From assembly GCA_035221665.1 (NCBI GenBank), contig CM069161.1, forward strand, positions 2,666,001 through 2,730,000: a stretch of DNA of 64,000 bases. Reading direction: 5' to 3'. Below are positions 1 to 10,531 of the stretch, piece by piece. Within the stretch, counting starts at the first letter, position 1. Each line of letters opens with the position of its first letter. The translations under genes and the position numbers were made by a program. The notes below the pieces were generated by a model. It was not told the origin of the DNA. It did not search any database and was given only the letters and a program-made list of their open reading frames with translations. This stretch comes from Okamejei kenojei. Lineage: Eukaryota.

Positions 1-611
1 TTATGTCATGAAAATTCCTGTTTTTCCTTTCATTTGAAGTCACTGAAATTTAATTGAGTGTCTTACAAGAGCAATCACCTAAAATGTCAAGTAACTAAAA
101 GAGCAAGTGAGAATGAGAATCCATTGTAGTACTATAAATGCATGTGTTCGCTACAGGTATTTACTATGTCATAGAACGTAGACAAATTATTTGCTATGGA
201 TGTAAAGTAAGAATTTTGAACTGGCAAAGATGCACCCCGTTAAAGTGCATACATATTGGTGTGCTCACTAAAGTAATATTCTTCGTGGTGCCAAGCAACG
301 GAGTTGATTTATGATCCACCTACTGTATCTGTATTAAAAGTTCATCATCTGAAGTCACAGATATTGAACATGTAAAAAAAAAATCTTTTTGTGTGTATGC
401 AATTTATATAGCATGAGTTTGTGTGATTGTTTGTGGAATGTGTTGTTGTACGTAAGCCTCCATTGGTTTTTAGCATTCAGATATGTTTATGTCTCATTCG
501 ACCTGCTGGACTTCTGGTGGCATCATTCCAAATCTACTTTTCCTACCAATGTCCTGCCGATGTGCATTCTAACAGTCCAGTGAAGCATCCAAATACTCTG
601 AAACTGCTCTT

Positions 612-1337
612 TACTGGAACTCTTCTACTGGATCCAGTAGGGATTCCTCCTGGTTCCAGTGTGATTAGCTACACTGGTCTTCTACTGGTTGTTGTAAAAA
701 TTCCTACTGGTTTCTACTGGTTCATATGGGAACTTAAATTGGTCTTTACTGGTTTCAGTAGGAATTCCAACTGGTTTCTACTGGTTCCTATGGGAATTTT
801 AATTGGTCTTTACTGGTTCCAGTAGGAATTCCAACTGGTTTCTACTGGTTTCAATGGCAGTTTGAATTAGTCTTTACTGGTTCCAGTAGGAAATCCAACT
901 GGTTTCTACTGGTTCCAGTAGGAATTCCATCTGGTTTCTACTGGTTCCATGAATAATTTGTACTGGTTTCTACTGGTTCCATGAAGATTTGTACTGGTTT
1001 CTACTGGTTCCATGAAGATTTGTACTGGTTTCTACTGGTTCCATGAAGATTTGTACTGGTTTCTACTGGTTCCAGTAGGAATTCCATCTGGTTTCTACTG
1101 GTTCCATGAATAATTTGTACTGGTTTCTACTGGTTCCATGAAGATTTGTACTGGTTTCTACTGGTTCCAAGAAGAATTTGTACTGGTCTGCTACATGGCT
1201 CCAGTAGGAAATCCCTATTGGTTTCTACTGGTATTATTTCACTTTCCATATTAAAACCAGTAGAGAATTGGACCAGTAGAAACCAGTAAGACTCTACTGG
1301 TTTTAGCTCTACTGGTTTCTATTGGAATTTCGACCGT
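612..1337. repeat. 31-32 bp tandem array, probable subterminal repeats of a CMC/EnSpm-like non-autonomous DNA transposon (one end)
   Basis: Repeated units CTGGTTTCTACTGGTTCCATGAAGATTTGTA and CTGGTTTCTACTGGTTCCAGTAGGAATTCCAT. The motif flips orientation (ACCAGTAGAAACCAG) near 1256-1290 and the array ends at ...GGAATTTCGACCGT. The array is seen directly; the transposon assignment is inference. Confidence 0.6.
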
Positions 1338-2790
1338 TGAAGAAATGGCATCTCTTTCACTTTCTACAGATGTTGCCTGGTCTGTTGAGTGTTTGTAGTA
1401 TTTCCATTTTGATTTCAATTGTTCTGGAGATGGCTTCACCAATCAGCCTTGTTCGCAGGATTGAGTGTAATCGAGACGATGAACAAAGGCTATAGAGCGT
1501 AGGAGAAGCTGTTACAGAACAGATGGGAAAGGACATCCGACAGCATGTCACATCCACTAAATCCCATAAAATCCATGGTTCAGTAAAGAGAACATTGCTA
1601 AAATATAATAACTGTTGCAGCACACCTTTTACCTCAGAGCAGCGAAAAATGTGAATGTTAGTGACTATGCAGGCAGCCACGGCTATGCACGTTGGCATAT
1701 GAGTCTTTTTAGACTGAATCTGAGAACATTAACACTATTTTGCAGCTTGCAATACATAATGGCATACAAAAGGACTCTGGGATTCTGTTCAAAGGGAGAT
1801 GACTTCATTTTCTCCCGCCAGAGAGAAGCAAGTGGCATGAAACGGGTGTCCAGGTTCAATGTTTACCAATGACTGCACACACGTTTCCTTGGGAGCATTC
1901 CCTTTCAAATCTGCTATGTACTGGAATCAAAAAGGGATTCTATTCCAAGTGTTCCTGGTATGGAAATATGTTCAGTGCATCAAGCAGGCCAGTACTAGTT
2001 GCCAGCAAATACAATGCATTCATTCCAAGGTAACTTTTTATGCCAGCGTTATTTAAAGTACATTAGCAAACCGAGATATAGCTGCTCGATGACATATCTT
2101 ATATTCCAACATCAGCTACTACTGGGTGATATTGTTTGCCTTTGAACAACGTGGCTCTGGTTCACAAATGCTATGGATGTACATGCTTGAGGAAGAGGAA
2201 GAGGAAGAAAAGCAGAACATAGTCAGCTCCTTTCTCTCTGGGTTGTATTTGAAGGATTAACGAATGCATTTTGATTTAAATGATTAATTGGGTGGGGTGA
2301 TATTAGCAATGCTACATTGGTCTTTGAGAAAGTAGTGCAGAGCCTGTTTCTTGAACGATTGGACTTCAGTGTTGTTTAAATTCACATTCCTTACTTGTGC
2401 CTCGTAAAAGATGGCTTTGGATAAAGTGACTGCAGGATACTCACCCTTTGACCAGCTATTGTAACCACAGCATTCAGCTGGCAATTTAATATTGATGGTC
2501 AAGGTTGAGATCGCAATATTACAAATCACCTTTGAGAGAGTTTGTTAATATATTGATGATGTTATATTATATCATCGCTCTGCTATATTTTATAATTCCC
2601 TTCTAAACATCCCAAACATTTAAACTCATGAATAATTCTGAGCTTAGCAGACCATGACAGTATCTGTAGCAAGAGAAACAGAGTAAAGGGCCTATCCTAC
2701 TTCGCGATTTTTCAGCGGACTGCAGGCGACTGTCAAGTTCGGGGCACTCACCTGAAAAACCGGGAACTGGAACGGCGACTGTCGGAGTGG

Positions 2791-2792
<2 letters not shown>

Positions 2793-2822
<30 letters not shown>
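2793..2822. repeat. (CA)n microsatellite
   Basis: Uninterrupted CA dinucleotide run. Confidence 0.95.
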
Positions 2823-2826
<4 letters not shown>

Positions 2827-2971
2827 AACACATCGCAAAGGCGGGGGCCAGGGAAAGCAGGGGAGCGCTGTCAGAAATTCACACGGAGCAAAGCCAAGAT
2901 GATACAGACACACACCGCGATGAACAGGAAGGTTAAGACGGCTAGCACAGTGTACGGTAAGTCCTTTAAAA

Positions 2972-3046
2972 GGGGGGGGGGGGGGAGAAGGGGGGAGAAG
3001 GGGGGAGAAGGGGGGAGAAGGGGGGAGAAGGGGGGAGAAGGGGGGG
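2972..3046 (+). repeat. (GGGGGGAGAA)n minisatellite, G-quadruplex-forming potential
   Basis: A long G run followed by six AGAA-G6/7 repeats. Confidence 0.9.
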
Positions 3047-4163
3047 TGAAGGATTGGAGACATTCTGAAAACTCATGCTTACGTTTTTTTCCCCAATGAG
3101 CCAATAAAAATGCCTGGTCAGCAAAGGCGATGAACTAAAACTACCTACGACTACCTCGACGACCCATAACTACATGGCGACCCCACTACAACTGCACCTA
3201 TGACTACAGGATTATCGATTTTCTCCATGGCGAGCAAATTTTCGTCGCAGAAAAATTTTCAACATGTTGAAATATTTGCTGCGACCATACTGAGGCCGCG
3301 ACTAGTTCCCAGAATGCGGGAACTCCTCGCGACCATGAATGAGACTCACCAGAGACCACCACCGAGCATGTGGCGACCATGTGGCCATCATGAGGCGAGC
3401 GCAGAGTCTCCTGCATTCGCATAAAAATTCACATAAGTGGGACAAGCCCTTTAATATCAAAGTTAACTTGTAAATGTTAACTGTCCATTATATAGGTTTA
3501 TAGTTGTGTTTCAAAAAAAGTCATCCTGCCATTTGATCTTTCAACATTCAGGGAGACAATAAATGCTCACATGCAGTCTAGTGATCTGTGCAAGACAACC
3601 AGTGAGGAACATATGAATGTAATTAATTACAAAATTAATGGTGAGACACTATCATGCCTTTGGATAGGATTATGATGGTGATAGCCAGGCCCAACCTCTG
3701 GCACTCAAAGCCATCCTCATTTCAGTACCATTGGGAAAAGTGCTTTCACTCTTTTGAAAGACCGATGTCAGGATTTGGAATCACAGATGATATAAGATTT
3801 ATTTTAATGCCTGTCATACTTTGATGATGAAGGATTACTGAATGTTTAAAAACACTATTACCTCCAACTGTTGACTACATATTTTACCCTAAAGCAATTT
3901 GGTATGTGCACGCCAGTTGTATTTGTTACACAAGGCAAGAAGCGAGGCAAACAATTGATCAATATTTCATGTGTTTGAGACAACTTGCTGTCAAACGAAA
4001 CATTTCTGATCTTGAGTGAGAGCTGAAAACAGGAATTATTAAAAGATATATTTCAAAGCAACTTTGCCAGAACTCCTTTGAGATGCCCGAGTTCGCAAAT
4101 TTATTGTCACCTTCAGAGTAGAAGATGCAGAAAACCAAAAGATGCGGCTGTGAATAGAATTGT

Positions 4164-4476
4164 GGGCGTTGCGGTGTCGCAATGGTAGAGTTCCTGTCTT
4201 TCAGCGTTTGCAACGCCGGAGACCCGGGTTCGATCCCAACTAAGGGTGCTATCTGTACGGAGTTTGTACGTTGTGCATGGGTTTACTACAAGATCTTCAG
4301 TTTCTATCCGCACTCCAAAGACGTAAAGGTATGTAGGTTAATCGGCTTGGTAAATGTAAAAATTGCCCCTAGTGTGTAGGATAGTGTTAATGTGTGGGTA
4401 TCACTGGTCGGCACAGACCCAGTGGGCTGAAGGGCCTGTTTCCGCGCTGTAAATCGAAACTAAACTAAACTAAAAT
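4164..4476 (+). mobile_element. tRNA-derived SINE (HE1/V-SINE-like)
   Basis: A-box-like TGTCGCAATGG, B-box GGTTCGATCCC, central body (GAGTTTGTACGTT...CACTCCAAAGACGT...GTAGGTTAAT), LINE-like 3' end GGGCTGAAGGGCCTGTTTCCGCGCTGT and a (TAAAC)n tail. Confidence 0.85.
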
Positions 4477-4940
4477 AAATTGTACAAGACAATAAATATC
4501 ATGACAAAATCTTTTGTTTAAATGTCTCCCTAAGAACAAGCCCCAGCTGCAGCAGGATAAGCAGGATTCAAACACTGCAATTATTATGGTGGCAGCAATA
4601 CACAGAAAAGAAAAACTCCTGCTAAGGGAAAACATTGTCAGCTGAGTGGAGAACTTCACCGTGTAAACTTTGTGTCAACTCATTTATCAGTGGTAACCCA
4701 ACTTGAAAATTGCATCCTCTCATGATTTTGCAGATACACAGTAAGATTTGCATAAAGTTCTTGATGAAATCCTCCCCACATCATCACATTTTCCTCTCAA
4801 ACCCACAATGTTGCTGATATAGATGTCGCTCATGCAGCCCGTCAAGGTGTCGAGAACTAAACACCTCGTAGGAGAAAAGGTACACTTCCCCGAGCAAATC
4901 ACCAAATGTTTAGCATGTCAAAAAACACAATGCCAAACAG

Positions 4941-5964
4941 TAGGTATGTTACACAACTTACCTTCAGCAGCGCTGCAGTTCTGCCACTGGCCGTGTGCGC
5001 GACTTTGGTGCCTTTGAGAGGGTGGCGGGTTTAAAATGCGGTTTATCTTCAGACTATTCAAATCGTTTTGAACAGGCTGTTTAGTTGCTGAAGAAAAATC
5101 GCTTTGACTGCCGTTTTATTAAGTTTATTAAAATTAGCGCTGGATAATTTTATAGCAGGAGTAAAATTAAAATCATCTTCTAATGCCTTCAATGCCGACA
5201 ACGGGACGGATGTCACGTAGGGGACAAGGCAAGGTACACCGTTTATTTTTTCATATAAACTTGCTTCTTACGATGCCTTTAATCAAAATTTCACATTGCG
5301 AATAGGTGACTTAGGACCCATACAAACTGGCAGTACTTTTCCTGCCGATATGGGGCTTAAATTCACCGCAACCGCAACGTTCCAAACTATCGCGTTCCAC
5401 AAAATCCCACTCGCAAGATGATTTAAATGGCCATTAATTTACGGGAATTAAACATTAAATTCCTTCCATTTGGCCTATAAATTCATGACAATGAGATTTA
5501 AAAATCATGTTATATTGTGAATTCTTGTGTGAATGTTTTAAAAATGTTAACCTTTTCTTAAAAAATGGATAGATGTTTGGATCTAGTAATTGAATTTTGT
5601 AATTAGCTACAATTAGGTAAGTAACTAATTATATGCGTTAATTTCAGGTCATCCAAGTAAGATTGTTTCATATTTGTTTCAGAATGCTTCACTCTATAAT
5701 AACTGAAAATTTCATTCAGTTCTCTTAATTTTTAAGAAAGCTATGGGCTTTTCACTGTCCTTGATCACAGCTTTTGTGTTAAGTCAATGGAAAAGCAATA
5801 GGGAACAGGATGCTAATTTCCGAGTATGAAAATGGCCATAACTTCTTTAATACTGAATATATGAAAGTGAATTATGTGTCAAATTAAACTTCTTTTTATG
5901 CTTTATCTGATAGGATAAATTGCAGACTTGATTTTTAAAGTCTCAAAATGTTGTAACATTGCTA
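4941..5964. mobile_element. Non-autonomous DNA transposon, TAG...CTA termini, 7-bp TSD
   Basis: 13-bp TIR TAGGTATGTTACA vs TAGCAATGTTACA (2 mismatches). CAAACAG is duplicated at 4934-4940 and 5965-5971. The interior is AT-rich and non-coding. Confidence 0.75.
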
Positions 5965-5999
5965 CAAACAGGCAAGAAATGATAAAAGCATCAGAGTAA

Positions 6000-6664
6000 C
6001 GCAATGGGCCCTGTGTTAACATGGTTATTAATTTTGCAGTTCTGCATTCTGATGGTTATTTGCTTGTAATTGTTGATGCCTACGGCAGATTCCCTGATGT
6101 GGAAATTGTCAGTGATGTATTCATGAAAGTTTTAATTCCAAAGATTCATTATGTCCTTGTGTTGCTTGTTGTTCTGCGGAAGCTGAGGATAGATACCATA
6201 CTGTATTTAACAGCAATGTCTCTCGCAAGTTTGCAACCTACACAAGGTTTCACTCATCGCAAGGTCATATCTTGCTGGCCACGTGCCAATGTTGAAGTGG
6301 AGAGATTTTGAGAACACTAAAGGAAGTCATCTGTACTGCTCATGCCGAAGGCAAATTATGGAAGCAAGAACTTTATCGCTTTTTACAGAGCAACATTGCA
6401 TTAGACAACAGGAATGCTGCCAGCAACTTTCGTTTCTGTGACCAAGTGTTTCAGAGATACTCCCCCAGATAGTTGATCACCATCTATGTGACCGTGACAA
6501 AGACAAGAAAAGCAGCATGAAGTTAATGCAGAAACACATGTAATTCAGATGCAGTGTTAATGCCAGAGGATACAGTTGTCGTGAAACACAACAACCGTAT
6601 AAACAATCAAGCACATAACATGTGGCCATTGCATGTGACATCATGAAAGGATCCATAATACAGC
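6000..6664 (+). pseudogene. Decayed Gypsy/Ty3 integrase fragment (continues after 8187)
   Basis: ORF 6021-6311 contains YLLVIVDAYGRFPDVEIV and HRKVISCWPRANVEVERF, recognisable rve integrase motifs. It is interrupted by the Penelope insertion. Confidence 0.75.
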
Positions 6665-8176
6665 CCCAGCTACGCTTGCCTCTCTGTCGGGTACGTCGAA
6701 CAATCCTTGTTCTCGGCGTACCAGGACCCCATCCCCAACCTCTACCTCCGTTACATCGATGACTGCTTTAGTGTCACCTCTTGCACCCACACACAACTGA
6801 CTGACTTCATCCATTTCACCACCAACTTCCATCCGGCACTCAAATACACTTGGACCATTTCCGACATTTCCCTCCATTCTTTGACCTCACCATCTCTATT
6901 GCAGGTGATACACTCCTGACCGACATCCACTACAAACCAACTGACTCCCACAGCTACCTGGACTACTCTTCCTCCCACCCTGCTTCCTGTAGGGACTCCA
7001 TCCCTATTCCCAATTCCTCTTCTACGCCGCATCTGCTCCCAGGATGAGGTGTTCCACAAACCAGGTCATCGCAAATGGCCTCATTCTTCAGAAAACGGGG
7101 ATTCCCCTCCCCCACTATAGATGAGGCTCGCACCAGGGTCTCCTCCGTACCCCCAACACTGCCCTCTCTCCCTCCCCCATTCCCCCCCCACTCACAAACA
7201 GGGCAGAGTCCCCCTGGTCCTCATCTTTCACCCCACCAGCCGGCAAATACAACACATAGTCCTCCGCCAGTTTCGCCACCTCCAACTGACCCCTCCTCTC
7301 GCCACATCTTCCCATCTCCCCCTCTTTCTGCCTTCTGCAAAGACTACTCCCTCCGCAACTCCCTTGTCAATTCTTCCCTTCCCTCCCACTCTACCCCTTC
7401 CCCGGGCACTTTCCCTTGCAACTGCAAGAAATGCTACACTTGTCCCTTCACCTCCTTCCTCCACTCCTTTCAGGGACCCAAGCAGTCCTTCCAGGTCCGA
7501 CAGAGGTTCACCTGCACCTCCTCCAACCTCATCTACTGAATCCGCTGCTCCAGATGCCAGATAATCTATATCGGTGAGACCAAGCGGAGGCTTGGCGATC
7601 GTTTCGCCGAACACCTCCGCTCAGTCCGCAATAACCAAGCCGACCTCCCGGTGGCTCAGCACTTCAACTCCCCCTCCCATTCCGTATCCGACCTCTCGGT
7701 CCTGGGCCTCCTCCACGGCCAGAGTGAGCAACACCGCAAGTTGGAGGAACAGCACCTCATATTCTGCTTGGGGAGTCTGCATCTTTGGGCTTGAACATTG
7801 AATTTTCTCAATTCTGTTAACCCTTGCTGTCTCCTCCCCTTCCCACCTCTCCCTCAGCCCTCGGGCCCTGGCATTCCCTCTCTCTCTATCTCCCTCCCCC
7901 ACCCTAGTCGCACTAGCTTCTCATTTTCACACCACAAACAGCTTACAATGGCTTGTTCCCTTTATCATCGATACTTTTTTGCATATCTTTCATTCATTGT
8001 TCTTTATCTCTCCACATCACCGTCTATTTCCCTGATTACTGACCAGTCTGAAGAAGGGTTTCGACCCGAAACGTCGCCTATCTCCTTCGCTCTTTAGATG
8101 CTGCTGCACCCGCTGTGTTTCTCCAGCCTTTTGTGTAACCTCGATTCTCCAGCATCTGCAGTTCCTTCTTTAACAA
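6665..8176 (+). mobile_element. 5'-truncated Penelope-like retroelement (RT C-terminal part, GIY-YIG endonuclease, pLTR with hammerhead motif)
   Basis: Frameshifted peptides LYLRYIDDCF (RT active site), TDIHYKPTDSHSYLDYSSSHP, FTCTSSNLIY and IYIGETKRRLGDRFAEH (GIY-YIG). 11-bp TSD CATAATACAGC at 6654-6664 and 8177-8187. Confidence 0.92.
8044..8080 (+). ncRNA. Minimal hammerhead ribozyme motif in Penelope pLTR
   Basis: CTGAAGA-A-GGGT(TTCG)ACCC-GAAAC-GTC: CUGANGA core, stem II, GAAA and a palindromic ACGT mini stem III. Penelope-like elements are known to carry such motifs. Stem I is weak in this subfamily. Confidence 0.65.
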
Positions 8177-9144
8177 CATAATACAGCATCATTTTGATTG
8201 CACTACATCCCACCAAACACATCATTCTTCAAAGTGCCTCCCACAGTTGATGAATTGAAAATAAAGTAGCTCAAGATCACAGAATAAAATCTGTAGTCCC
8301 AGATGATACAGTCAATGCCCTTACACCATGAAATCACTAAATTTTATCCAAAGCAAATGTGAATTACTCCCTCACATCTAAATTACTTTATTGTGAAGTA
8401 ATACAAGACAGAAACACAGATATAAAAGTAAGAAAATCAAAATGTTTCAATTAAAGTGAAGAGATTCAATGTTCAATTGTTGTGTAATGCTATTGTGCTG
8501 TATTTAAGGACACTATAGTTGAGAAAATAGATCAATTACTTCCTCCTTTCAAGCACAAGTCACGAAGGAGAAACAATTTAACTCAGGTTATATTCTACTA
8601 GTCATTATTTCCAGCCGAAATTGGGAAATTGGCCTGGGAACTTCCACAAACAGTTTGCTTTTTCCACCAATATACTGTACCGTGTTGCATTAGTGTCTAT
8701 TTACAGAGACACTGTGTTGACATCAGTAGACCTGACTAGGCAGATTAAGAACTTAATCAACTCCCAAGGTCTGCAGAGTGTGCTTAAACTAATATGGTTT
8801 CTTTTTCCAGAACTTAGCTGTTGAAAATCTAATTCAATGGGTGCCTTGTGAATACGGCTGACAGCGCGCCTTGAACAACCCCTCTAATTGAGGCAATGGC
8901 AAGATCTATGGTATTGCCAGCAGCAGTTATATCTGTGTCATTTATCTCTGCACAATGAGCGATGTTAGGAGTCTTAATTGAGGACTCACTTCAGTACTGC
9001 TAGTAGATTCAGAATCATTCTGGAGATAATTACATTATACAAACTTCAACAATCCTGACATTTTCCAGTGTGATTCAATGCCTAGTTCCTTTCCCATTTC
9101 ACTAGTTTATAAGTGGGGTTCAAAGCCCAAATATTACTTCCCAA

Positions 9145-9480
9145 TGCAGACACAAGGAAGAACAGATGCTGGCATCTTGCGTACAACACAAAAGGCTGGA
9201 GTAATTTAACAGGTCAGGTTGCATCTCTGGAGGCAATGGACAAGCAATGTTTTGGGTTGGGACCACTCTTCAGACTCTTTATGGTGAAGCGGTTCGAGAG
9301 GTGGTGCCTGGCCTCAGCACAGTAGAGGTCAGCCCATCAGGTTCCCTTATCAAAGGCTTTGATAACAATAACAAGAATTGTTACTGAATCTAAAGAAGGG
9401 TCCCAACCCAAAACATTGCCTGTCCATTCCCTGCAGAAATGCTGCCTGACCCGCCGAGTTTCTGCAGCATTATCTGTTCT
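9145..9480. mobile_element. Decayed inverted pair of Penelope pLTR-derived units
   Basis: Minus-orientation unit (...CTCTTCAGACT at ~9275) and plus-orientation unit (TCTAAAGAAGGGTCCCAACCCAAAAC...) facing apart. Confidence 0.7.
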
Positions 9481-9739
9481 ACTACTTCCCAATGGCCCTG
9501 TACCGTCTGGAGAGAAATACTTCTGTTTATCACCTCTGCGTCATCCTAAGCTATGTCTCTGTTATAAAATTTCCCCTAAGAGAAATAAATCCATCCTGTT
9601 TACCTCAATGAGGCCACTCGTTATTTTATATACCTCAATTTTATATAAATCAAGACCTCTGTTTGGATATTGTCAAGCCAAATAATGTTTAGTAGATCAA
9701 AACACCATAAATAACACTCTTTTCATGGTGAAAGGTTAT

Positions 9740-9890
9740 GACAAAGAAGACGGCTTGATTGCTTTTAAAATGATGCCATGGGATCTTCTTTATTTACACC
9801 AAATAATAAATAACTTATTTGGAAAGTGATACCTTGTCTGTGCAGCATTCTGTCAGTCCTCCACAGGTTTATCAATGTCAGGTCACGTTT
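9740..9890 (-). mobile_element. Ancient SacSINE1/Deu-domain SINE-like relic
   Basis: TGCCATGGGATCTT...GAAAGTGATACCTTGTCTGTGCAGCATTCTGTCAGT resembles the recalled Deu-SINE consensus. Highly diverged. Confidence 0.45.
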
Positions 9891-10362
9891 ACTGCCATAT
9901 GCACAAGGATGGCAAGGTTCACATATAATGACAATCTCGCTTGGAGCAACATTAAAGCACACACAAACACGTAAGTTATACATACATTCTGAAAGACCAT
10001 TAATTTATGATTTTATCTGTTAACAGGCTGTTGTCTAGCTTAGAGTGTGAATTCATCTCAGACAGACATAAAATGCTGGAGTAAATTAGCAGGTCAGGCA
10101 GCATCTCTGGAGAAAAGGAATAGGTAACATTTCGGGTTGAGACCCTTCTCCAGACTGAGAGTCAGGGAGGGAAATTCGAGGTACGGACCAGATCAGAGCC
10201 GGCACTGATGACCAAAAAGTCCACAATGGTCCACAATGTGAAAGAGGGGATAACAAGGTGACATGAACCGTAAAACCAGCAGGACGACTAGGTCGGAGAG
10301 ACAAGGATTGTAAGGGTTACTTGAAATTTCAGAAATCAATATTCATACCGCTGGGTTATAAG

Positions 10363-10531
10363 CTTCTTCTTATCGAGTCCACACACAAGATTAGAAGTTG
10401 GTCAGCCAGAGCTGACGCACCTCTCAGCATCTGCGCACAATGGCGTCTGTCTTGCGCTTGTGTTTCTTGCGCGTTGTGCTGGAAGATTGGTGAAAAGAGG
10501 GCCGCGACGTGAACGCTCTTTCCTCGACCCC
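10363..10531 (-). mobile_element. 169-bp non-autonomous retroposon (Vingi/Ingi/RTE-type) with 5' HDV-like ribozyme and (GAA)n tail
   Basis: Splits the Penelope sequence CTGGGTTGTAAG|CTGCCC. Imperfect TSD GGTTATAAG (10354-10362) / GGTTGTAGG (10532-10540). The minus strand starts GGGGTCGAGGAAAGAGCG and ends CTCGATAAGAAGAAG. Confidence 0.75.
10481..10531 (-). ncRNA. Compact HDV-like (CPEB3-type) self-cleaving ribozyme motif lacking P4
   Basis: GGGGUC-GAGGAAAGA-GCG-UUCACGU-CGC-GGCCCU-CUUUUCA-CCAA-UCUUCC. P1 is GGGGUC/GGCCCU with a G1.U wobble, P3 is GCG/CGC, L3 is UUCACGU, J4/2 contains a C, and P2 is GGAAAGA/UCUUCC with one bulge. Confidence 0.7.

Larger units (their letters stand above)
2687..3450. 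mobile_element. PIF/Harbinger-like MITE with internal (CA)n and G-rich minisatellite
   Basis: Imperfect TIRs AGGGCCTATCCTACTT ... AAGTGGGACAAGCCCT, flanked by TAA and TTA (TWA target typical of Harbinger). Confidence 0.75.

Noticed and set aside
427-825. 132-aa ORF
   Set aside because: Its second half is a translation of the tandem array, and it has no protein features.
612-1337. CRISPR-like array (31-32 bp periodicity)
   Set aside because: Units are contiguous with no unique spacers, there are no cas genes, and the context is vertebrate.
2391-2480. Minus-strand mini-exon reading ECCGYNSW (tetraspanin CCG-like)
   Set aside because: Only ~33 nt, with a poor polypyrimidine tract and no other tetraspanin exons found in the window.
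2692-3104. Pro-rich and Gly-rich ORFs
   Set aside because: These are translations of the G-rich minisatellite and (CA)n inside a MITE.
4164-4240. tRNA gene
   Set aside because: It is the tRNA-derived head of a SINE, continuous with the SINE body and tail, and has no full cloverleaf.
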